A DNA stretch of 27,021 nt from Lama guanicoe (taxonomy: Eukaryota): NCBI GenBank assembly GCA_013239625.1, contig MU053859.1, positions 124,001 to 151,021 on the forward strand, read 5' to 3'. Position numbers and translations under genes: made by a program. The notes beneath the pieces are model-generated. The model saw only the letters and a program-made list of their open reading frames with translations, searched no databases and had not been told where the DNA came from. This document shows, piece by piece, positions 11,401 through 19,810 of this stretch; position 1 is the first letter of the stretch; every line of letters starts with the position of its first letter.

Positions 11401-14400
11401 TCTTAGCACACTTGAATATATGAAATGTTTTTCCTTATAAGAAAGTTATGAAATACATACAATTATTAATTTCATGATCCTCATTTTGTAAATAAAGGTA
11501 TTAAAGCTAAGGCTAGGGAAGTATACAGTAGGAAACTAAAGTAAAGTTTAAGTAACTCACTCAAGGTCATATAGCTAATAAGTGGTAGGGCATAGGAAAA
11601 CTTAAACAGAGAGTCTAAATGCCAAATGCCTAAAAGGCAGCAGGAGGAAACTGTTTTGAAAAGAAAGTTCTTTTCGGAGTCCCTTTGGATGCAGAAGAAT
11701 ATGTTTCATAACACTTTTTATCAGTGACTTTGTAAAACAAAATGTTTACCATGATCCCAGTACTTCTATGACCACCAGACTTACCTCTAAGAAATGGAAA
11801 AACCTGAGAAAGTTAGTAAAATCAACCTATATTCAGAAATGGGTGCACACACATCTCAACTGTACTAATAATTTTTATATTTTAAGCTAAGTAGTAGGTA
11901 CATAAGTATTGACTGTATTCTATTTAAATTTCTGTATATTTTAAATACTGCATAATATTTTTAATATCCACAAATCTGTGTGAAAACTTACCTGATATGC
12001 TTATAGTAAATGAAACAAACATGAAAATATGAACTGTAGAATACTCTACACAAATGTGAGTTATAACCACTAGAACCTGTGGGAGCGCTGGAGAGAGGGT
12101 ATAAGGAGTCACATTACTAGGGGGAAACATCACATACTACGTTTCTGTTTTGAATCAGCAGAGCACCCTGATTTTTCACAACCCTCTCTCCAGAGCATTT
12201 TCTTTAGAAGTCATAACATCAAAGTGGGCTTTGAAATAATATAGTAATAAATCAGATTTTAACTGCATTGGCCAGGTAAATTACCCAACAATATACTTCA
12301 GACCAAAGCTGCAGACAAATTTTAGTTTTGCTGAAATTCAGTGTCATAAACAATTGACAGAAATAAATGACTTCAAGCTCTTCTGCTTATTCAGAGGGTT
12401 CCCTTGCTATGACCTTCGCTAGGGTAGAATTTGGCCTCTAAAATAAAGCACAAATGATTCACTTTACTCTTCTTATTTGCCTGAAAGTCACAGACCTCAA
12501 CAATGAAGAAAGCCAAGCTCTGTCAGTGTAGTAATATGGAAGGCAATTCATCCATTGAAAATCACAGTTATTTGTAGAGAGAGTGACTGTTATTGACACG
12601 CCAAAGATAACATGGTGGAAAGTCAACAAATAATTCATGAGTGCTGTCGTGCTGGGAGCCCCACGGGAGGAAGGCCTCCGGTGGTCCAGAGAAGCCCAGA
12701 AGCATGCATGCTTGGGGAGGAAGAGAGAAATGGTCATAATAGGGAATAACTGAGATGACCAATAAAAGAGGCATGCCATTATAAAGACTAAATCTCAAGG
12801 GGAAAGTACCATCATAAGCATACACATTAGCTATATTTTCATATTATATTCTATGACTCTGGTATGGCCATCAGTATTTAACTTGAACGAATTATTAACC
12901 CAAACTTAACATCAAGACAATAAATATATTTTAGTATAATTCATGGTACTCAAACTGTGCAAAAGTTTATAGTTTTAGGTAGATTTTTTTTTGACTTGGA
13001 AAATAGTTGTAATTTGTGAGGAAGTTTCATTCTCTTCTTTTACAATAAACACATAAATAAGAAAAAAATAAGCACTCCATTTTTTTTCTTTACAAAAGGG
13101 CAAAGATGATGAAGAGGCAGCTTACAGAATAAAAAAATTCAAAGATCTAACGTATGTGATTTTGCATTTAATTTCCCGTACTACATAAGAAATACAACTA
13201 AAATCAACTATGTGTATTTTATCATATTATATTAGCATGTATAGTCTGAACTACGTATGTGTGTTTGTGTGTGTCTTTGAAAGGATGAGAAGGTAGGAAG
13301 TTGCAATGGAGAGAAATATTCAAAAGAGATGGATAATTGCTCTTACAGGAAGTGAAGACTCAGAGGGACTTGCAGACTACGTTAACGCGCTTAGAATTCA
13401 CTCTAAGGACTACAGAAAGTCACTGCAGAATTTAAAGTTCAGGAGTGCCTGGCTGCTGATCTGCATGTTAGAAACATCCCATTGGCTGCATGGAGGATGA
13501 ATAAAGATCCAGATAAAATTATGTCACTAATTCCCTTCATAGTGAGACATACCGATCTCCAAATACCTTACAACTCAATCTTTTGAGAGTACAATTTTTA
13601 AAGAATGATCTAAGTCACCCTAATCACATATTATAACAAATAATAATTATAAAAACAGCAATCAGCAGAGTATAGAAGAGTCAGCTACATGGATAAACAT
13701 AGGAATATAACGCTGGTATAACGTCCTTGGGTAACAGAGTAAAAGGCAATCATATCAATAAAACTATTGCAGACTAATGCACCTCACCATTTTCCACCAA
13801 ATCATCTCCAACAGTGAAGGACAATGAACTTGTTCCTTAAGGGCCCAGGCACAATCTCCTGAAAAGCTGATTTCATCTTAGGTTCTCACACAAATGCTAC
13901 ACTCTAATCCTCACTATACTAACTCGATTAACTTCCATCAAATAAAATTGATGTTCCAGGAACATGACTCTATTGTCATCAAGTAATGTAAGCACAGAAC
14001 CAGCCCCAAACTGGCCCCATCTTGTTTCTAACAAGATACTAAGTTGTTCTCCAGAGAAAACAGAACAAAACCACAAGTTCTGCAGCCAAAGCATGTGCAG
14101 AGGAGAAAATTCTGATCTCAAGCAACACTAGGAACCAAAGTGTCTCCCCGAGTGGCGTTAAAGGACTGGAACACGACTGGAACCTGAAGGCTTGAGGGCT
14201 TTCAGAAGCGAAAGGTCTATTGTCCAGGATGATTCAGAGCTGATCTTTTCTGCATTTTTTTTTTACCCCTTAACCATATGTTACCAGAAACAGCACACCA
14301 GCCTCCCTGCCCTAACTCACGGACGCTTGACCGAAACCCAGACCAGGGAGGCCGGTTCAAGCCTCCTGTCTCCTTGCTAGTGGGCCTCGCAGTACATCTT

Positions 14401-17400
14401 TTTCTTTTCTCAGAAGCCAGTGTCATAATATTAGCTTCTGTGCGTGTCAGGGAGTGAGCCCTTTGCTCCTTGACTGTGATCATATCATCCTCAACCACAC
14501 CACGTCCTGTGCTCACCTTACCTTTCAATATTTGCACGCTTAGTGCGAGCAGCTACTCTGGACCTCTGTCAGGAAAGAGTTTTATTGGTTTAAGCCTCAT
14601 GTGGAAGTGGTATTTGACTGTATCTCACACATCTGGCTGGCGGGGACTTTTTCTTAAATGTTTTGCTGTCTCAACATGTCTTATCATTAAGCCAGGTGTT
14701 TTGTATATGCCTCTAAGTCTATAAATCAAATAAATGCATTAAAACGTTGAAAAATGGGAAGAGAGAGTGATGTTGAAACCGAGTTCCCCTGACACCGAGC
14801 TTCTCTGCAGAGTTTATGACTAACCACTCTATCTAAAATCTTATTCCCTTCCTCGTCCAATACCTGTTCCCCTAAGATTGAAGAACATCAAAGGAAGGGA
14901 GGAAAGGGGGAGTTGAAACCGAGCAGGACCCGGGGGCCCCTCCCAGGTACAAAAGCCTTTCCAGATCCCCTGTTTCTCATTTGTAGGCTTCAGTCTCTTA
15001 GACCTTCCCTGAGTTCCAAAGGGCAGAGGCAAACAATTACTGATGGGGCGCGAGGAGGAAAGGCAGAAACAGAGGAGAAGCAGTCAAGAAACAATAGTGC
15101 AGCAATAAATCGGGGTCTTGGTTCCTCCTCAAGGGATGTACATAGCAATATACCTCTGAGTTCGTCCACAGGAACTAAGGGCCCCACCCAGGTGGGGGAT
15201 GGTAACTTCAGGCTGAGCACAAGCATGTGGACCCCTGACTGGTAGGCTCCAGAAGGCTGATGATTGACATTCCTGGAGCAACTCTCTGTTACCTCATCAC
15301 CAACCAATCAGAGGAAGGTCGCACACCCTGCAGACCTCCCCGCAAATTGTGCCTATGAAAACTCTTCCTCAAAACCATCCAGGGGTTCAGGGGCCCTTGC
15401 AATAAAACCTTCTCTGCTCAAAACTCTAATGTTTGAGTATCTTTGGCCTCACTGTGCTTTCGGACACACAAACTCGGGTTGGACGACAATATGTGTGTTC
15501 CCTAGCAAGGAAATTACAACACTGGAAGTAGCAGCAAGTTGGCTGTTGGAGACAGCGGTACTGAGAAGAGTTTTAGCAGCAGTAAGGCGAGCACGTATAA
15601 TCCAAACGGTGGGCCTGAACAAATTAGCAGGAGCCAGACTTGGAGGCAAAGAACTGAAATAAGAAAATGACTTCAAACCACTGAAAGGGATCTGAGTTCG
15701 CCAGGCCAACATACTCCATTTTGATACAAGGGTCATTTTAAGCTGAAGACACTTGAGATGCAGCAGATACAGGAGGAAGCCTTCCCTTATCTGACTAGAA
15801 GCAGACACTTCTGAGAGAGAAGGCTGCCATAAATCCCCCTTTTAGGGTAGCTTACCCCCAGGAGAAAGACTGAGAGGAAACCTACCCGAAGTTCCTTCTC
15901 TCGGGGAATTTTTGGCCATGAAGAAGAAGAAGAGACTACTCACATCCGCTTGAACAGACGCGGTCGCCGGTTCTTACTTCCCGTTTGTACTCTTGAAAAA
16001 CCCACTTGAGTAGAAAGACAAGTGTGTCTGTTCCATCAAAGTCATTTCTTCTCCCTCCCTTTCCCCTGCTAAGTAGGTGCCCAAGCCTTTACCTTTAACC
16101 ACTTAGAGTCAGCTGCTTCTTTTGTTAGCTCGCATATGCATACAAATAAACCCTTCTCTCCTGTTAATCGGCGTTGTCCTCCCCTACAACATAGTGAAAT
16201 AAAACCACTCACTTGTGAAGTTTGTATTGTCCTGCTGTTTCCTGGGAGAGAACTTCATACAATTGCACTCTTTGGTTCCATTCTCACTACCAAACATCTC
16301 GCTGCAGGAATATGTGCTCAGATGACTTACTAAGAAATGAAGAAAAGTAGTAACGCTAATTAGATTTCTACAAACATAACCCTGTGCCTTTTAATTCTCC
16401 ATTAAAACAAGTGAATGCACAGACTGCTGGTTGACAGGAGGTCTGTTTCTAACATTTGCACCTTTTAATTTGACAAAGGATGGTAATAAGCTTAGAGATT
16501 CGGATGTCCACTTAGGGAAAAAGTACGTAGAAATAATAAAAACAAATTGCCTAAATAAATTCAAAATATATTTAAATTTGCATCTGTTTAGTATAATAGG
16601 TTAGAATTCTGTGTGATCTTCAACTAGTAATGCAGCCTCTCTGTTCCACAGTTTCTTCATACATAAAACGGGGAAATATTTAACGAACTTAGACTTCTTG
16701 TAAGGCTGAAAGATAATGTTCATAAAATGCTTATCACAACTCCTAACATGTGTAGGTCACAACAGATGGAAACAGTAGCAGATAGAATTACAGCTCTTAC
16801 TGAGGTAGATCTCATTTTTAGGAATAAATCTTTAATTTTACTTACCCTTCAAATTTCAAGCAACTGACAAATGTTGTCAAAACTTCAACATATCAAGTCA
16901 CATGTAAAGTGTAAAAGTTTTATGTAAATGACCAAATCAACTTTCACAAAACTAAATGCTTTCACCAAAAAATAAAACTCCAGTTCATGGAATTGTGACT
17001 ACTAAACTCGCACCGTTTAGCGATTAATTACTATTATGAGCAGAACAGACTTTATAAATGAACAAGATTTTTATGTCTTCTGTATAAGGAAAAACTACTA
17101 ATTATTAATAAAATCATCAACTGTGTCATTTAATACCAACATAATTTTTTAAAACGATGAAAGAGAATATCAGGTAAAGGTGAACAATGATTCCGGAAAA
17201 GTTAGAGAAATTTTTAAAACTCCAAAGGAAATATGTTGGTCTCGACAGTTGAACATACAGCTTCAATTTACTCACCCCAAGTGGTTAGTCCTAACACTGC
17301 GACGACAAGCAAAATCAGGGCGATGCTAGTCAGTCTCAGAGCAGTCTGATGCCATTTTGGACATTCAGGGTAATCTGTAAGAATTAATTTTTGTTTCTGA

Positions 17401-18647
17401 AATATTTAAACGTTTAAAATGAACTTGAAAATGTGTCATACAAATGTCATATTTGGAGGGTATACATTATCTTAAGGTGAGGGAAAAAAAACTACAATCT
17501 CTGTTTAAATTTCCTCGCCACAGAGAAAGGAGGGGAGGGACAATTTAGGAGTTTGGGATGAACAGACACACCTACTGTATATAAAATAGATAAACAACAA
17601 GGGCCTAGTGTATAGCACGGGGAACTATATTCAGTTTCTTATAACAAGGTATAGCAGAGAAGAATTTGAAAATATATGTAATTATATTTTCTATATAGTT
17701 GAGAAACTAACTGGAACTGACATTGTAAGTCAACTACACTTCAATAAAAAGATAAATTAAAAACATTCATATTGCCACAAAAAAATTAATAAATTGCCTT
17801 ACCATGAACACATGTTTAATTATCTGTAAAAAACTGGACGTGTTGATTCTAAATTAGGAGTCAATGTGCTTTATTTGCTATTTATTAAATACTCCTCTTA
17901 ACACTTCTGTTCCAAAACTATAATTCATATAATAATCACATTAATTAAAACATGTCCACTAAAATCTGTCATTTACCTTTATGTACATCTTGACTGAATT
18001 AAACAGATAATATTCATTGTGACTGAGGCCCAGGAAGGAAAAATATAAGTACCAAAATACCAAAATAATTGAATGACAGTAAAAATGAGTGCCTCATGTA
18101 GAAACATAAACAAGATTGAGTACTGCAGCCATCTATTTTCCTAAATGTTGTTTGAAATAAAAGTTGTATATCTATGTCAATTCGTGAAACAAAACTCAGG
18201 TGCCAATCTTTATGATTATAAACTTTGCTTCGATTAAGGAAGCATTATAACACTTTCATAATTTTTAACCCAGATCAAGTCAAATCTGATCCATTATATG
18301 CTCAATTGAACAATATTTATAAACGTATAATCACATGCCAGGAACTGGGCTGGATGTAAGCGTTGCAGAGAGAAAACTGCCCAGCCGATGGGGAGACATC
18401 TGTGTAAGCCTATTATTTCAGAATAAGTTCATGAATTTTCTGAGCAGTAAATTCTAGTTCAAGTTCTTAAAAACTTCCCATTAAAAGCCTAAGATTACGA
18501 GACCCACAGAAAATTCTCACTGTATCAATTCCTACCTTTGCATGTCCACTTGTGTTGGCAGTGGTAGGGATGTTTCCTTGGCTTCTTCACCATTGCTCTC
18601 TCTGTGTTTTGACTCTGTCCAAACTTTCTATAAATAGAATAATCCAT
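8283..18647 (-). CDS. Killer cell lectin-like receptor, KLRB1(NKR-P1)/KLRF-like type II membrane protein, 244 aa, 6 exons
   Basis: Exons of 112+99+117+155+113+139 = 735 nt, open throughout: MDYSIYRKFGQSQNTERAMVKKPRKHPYHCQHKWTCKDYPECPKWHQTALRLTSIALILLVVAVLGLTTWVSHLSTYSCSEMFGSENGTKECNCMKFSPRKQQDNTNFTKKPSLNLCLNDWVQKEEKCYNFFRTFKSWIDSQKACSITKSHLLIIQDKAELDFVQSNIQDGIYFWIGLNITYPQKAWTWLDSTPLNLQLFEVQGEVEGNACAVITKKGVFAEKCLLQSYWICQNVISSSTDDDL*. All six CTLD cysteines present; WHQxALxL pre-TM motif as in NKR-P1; FWIGLN; phases 1,1,1,0,2. Confidence 0.93.
8776..9135 (+). mobile_element. MLT1A-type (MaLR) solo LTR
   Basis: Diagnostic segments gaatgggattagttccttataaaagg, ccagaactgt, gttatagcagtctgaacagactaaga; ~360 bp; in intron 5, antisense to the receptor. 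Confidence 0.88.
9908..9943. repeat. Perfect 18-bp tandem duplication
   Basis: tttccatttatagcatta x2. Confidence 0.9.
10131..10243 (-). CDS. KLR-like receptor exon 5 (WIGL)
   Basis: Acceptor cctttcacag|GAT; donor TT|gtgagt. Encodes DFVQSNIQDGIYFWIGLNITYPQKAWTWLDSTPLNLQ(L). Confidence 0.93.
10775..10940 (+). mobile_element. MIR SINE
   Basis: ctcataaggttattgtgag...acagtgcctggcatatggtagg matches the MIR 3' half. Confidence 0.8.
11023..11177 (-). CDS. KLR-like receptor exon 4 (N-terminal CTLD)
   Basis: Acceptor ttttctatttcag|AA; donor CTG|gtaaga. Encodes KPSLNLCLNDWVQKEEKCYNFFRTFKSWIDSQKACSITKSHLLIIQDKAEL. Confidence 0.93.
11470..11620 (-). mobile_element. MIR fragment
   Basis: aagtaactcactcaaggtcatatagctaataagtgg resembles the reverse MIR core. 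Confidence 0.65.
14771..15488 (+). mobile_element. ERV1-type solo LTR (family not identified)
   Basis: TG...CA termini with an imperfect terminal inverted repeat (TGTTGAAACCGAGTT / AACTCGGGTTGGACGACA). AATAAA at 15401-15406 is followed by a U5-like tail. No clear TSD. Confidence 0.75.
15682..16188 (+). mobile_element. MER34-like ERV1 solo LTR
   Basis: Starts TGAAAGGGA..., contains ttttaagctgaagac..ttgaga..agcagatacagg, ends aataaac...tctcctgttaatc...tcctcccctaCA, as in MER34-type LTRs. Confidence 0.75.
16213..16329 (-). CDS. KLR-like receptor exon 3 (stalk)
   Basis: Acceptor ttttcttcatttcttag|TA; donor A|gtgagt; 117 nt, phase 1-1, open. Encodes VSHLSTYSCSEMFGSENGTKECNCMKFSPRKQQDNTNFT with Cys residues and N-glycosylation sequons NGT and NFT. 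Confidence 0.85.
16608..16780 (+). mobile_element. MIR SINE
   Basis: ctgtgtgatctt...cctctctgttccacagtttcttcatacataaaacgggga matches the MIR core. Confidence 0.75.
17276..17374 (-). CDS. KLR-like receptor exon 2 (transmembrane)
   Basis: Acceptor attcttacag|AT; donor G|gtgagt; 99 nt. Encodes (D)YPECPKWHQTALRLTSIALILLVVAVLGLTTW. Confidence 0.93.
17521..17790 (+). mobile_element. 5'-truncated cetartiodactyl-type L1 3' end
   Basis: ggagtttgggat..acagacac...tatataaaatagataaacaacaag...tatagcacggggaactatattca...caactacacttcaataaaa plus an A-rich tail. Degenerate 14-bp TSD at 17507-17520 and 17791-17804. Confidence 0.88.
18300..18425 (-). mobile_element. L2 3'-end fragment
   Basis: aacaatatttat...atgccaggaactgggctggatg resembles a reverse L2 tail. 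Confidence 0.5.
18536..18647 (-). CDS. KLR-like receptor exon 1 (cytoplasmic tail)
   Basis: Strong Kozak context aacATGG; donor AAG|gtagga, phase 1. Encodes MDYSIYRKFGQSQNTERAMVKKPRKHPYHCQHKWTCK. Confidence 0.85.
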
Positions 18648-18737
18648 GTTTGAATGAGATGGAGAGAGAGATATCACCTGATCAAAAACAGTCAGTGTCT
18701 ACAGACTGTGGCACCGAAACAAAGCTTAGAGCTAAAA

Positions 18738-18811
18738 AACCACAAAGGATATGGTTTAAGTTGGGGGAACTTCATTGTTTGAATGAGTGTTTTCTTTCAG
18801 GATATTTTATA
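18738..18811 (-). promoter_or_regulatory. Putative proximal promoter of the KLR-like gene
   Basis: RUNX motif TGTGGTT (18738-18744) and TATAAAA (18805-18811) on the minus strand, 90-165 bp upstream of the ATG. Motif evidence only. Confidence 0.4.
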
Positions 18812-19810
18812 GAAAAATTGTGAAGGTAATACAGACAGAGTTGCCATATACCCAACACCCAACTTCCTCTATTATTAACATACTACATTAATATGGTACA
18901 TTTTTTGAAACTTAATGAATTAATGTTGATATGCTATTATTAATTAAAGTCTATACTTATTCAGTTTTTCCCTAATACCTTTTTCTTTGTATTTACCTAA
19001 CACCTTTTTCTAATCAAGGGTCCCATTCAGGATGTCACAATGCATTCAGTCCTCACGTCTCCTTGGGAGTGACAGTTTCTCACTCCTTCCTTATTTTTGA
19101 TTATTTTTAACAGTTCTGAGAAACGTTGCTCAGATATTGTGTAAAATGTTTCCAAATTGAGATAGTCTAATGTTTTTTCTCATCATTATATTTGGGTTAT
19201 AGGTTTTTGGAGGAAGACCACAAGATAAATTACCATTCTTAGCACACTTTACTAAGGGTACATACTATCAGCATGACTGCACTTGACTGCAACAGTGTTT
19301 GGAAGTTTTATCTACTGCAGAGTTACTCTTTGTTCCTCATTTCCATGCTGTACCCCTTGGAAAGAAGTCAGTGTGTGCAGTCCACACTTATGCCCCACCT
19401 CTTTCAGAACGGAGCATCTACATAAATCATTTGCAATTGTTCTGCAGAGGATACTTGGTTAGTGTCTCATTTACTTATTTATTCAATCATTTCTATCAGT
19501 AAAAATCATGCACATTTATTTTACATTTTGAGTTATAATCGAATACTACTTTTTTGTTCACATTGTTCCAGCTTTGGCCACTGGGAACTCTTTGAGTTGG
19601 CTCCATGAGTTTACACTGATGTCTCCACCTCTAATACATTACATCATGGGCCAGGCTAATCTCCTTATTTGCATTTTTATAATCTCCCACTCCAATAGTG
19701 AGAAACATGGCTACCACCGTCACCATTCATTTACTTAATTGTTCAATTCCAATATATGTATTTAGTGGTTTCAGAGATGATATCCCATATCATGTGAGAA
19801 AATATTTTAT
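18800..19810 (-). mobile_element. L1MD-type ancient L1 3' end (distal part)
   Basis: agaaaaattgtgaaggtaatacag...ggaggaagaccaca...catactatcagcatgact...ttgttccagctttggccactgggaactcttt match L1MD/L1MC 3' UTR consensus as recalled. Confidence 0.82.

Noticed and set aside
13788..13858. Open 71-nt AG...GT segment as the stalk exon
   Set aside because: Its length is not a multiple of 3 and it ends in the wrong phase; 16213-16329 fits properly.
14841..15808. Overlapping 60-130 aa ORFs
   Set aside because: They lie in or across LTR sequence and show no gag, pol, env or other recognisable motifs.
16840..16870. Consensus minus-strand donor AGG|GTAAGT in intron 2
   Set aside because: Nearby acceptors give an immediate in-frame stop, and there is no support for an exon.
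8283..18647. Calling the receptor CD69, CLECL1, KLRF1, KLRF2 or KLRB1
   Set aside because: The six-exon structure with a stalk exon is unlike CD69. It lacks the hemITAM of KLRF1/2 and the AIYAEL/VVYADI-type motifs of KLRB1/CLECL1. Similarity by eye is family-level only, so no symbol was assigned.
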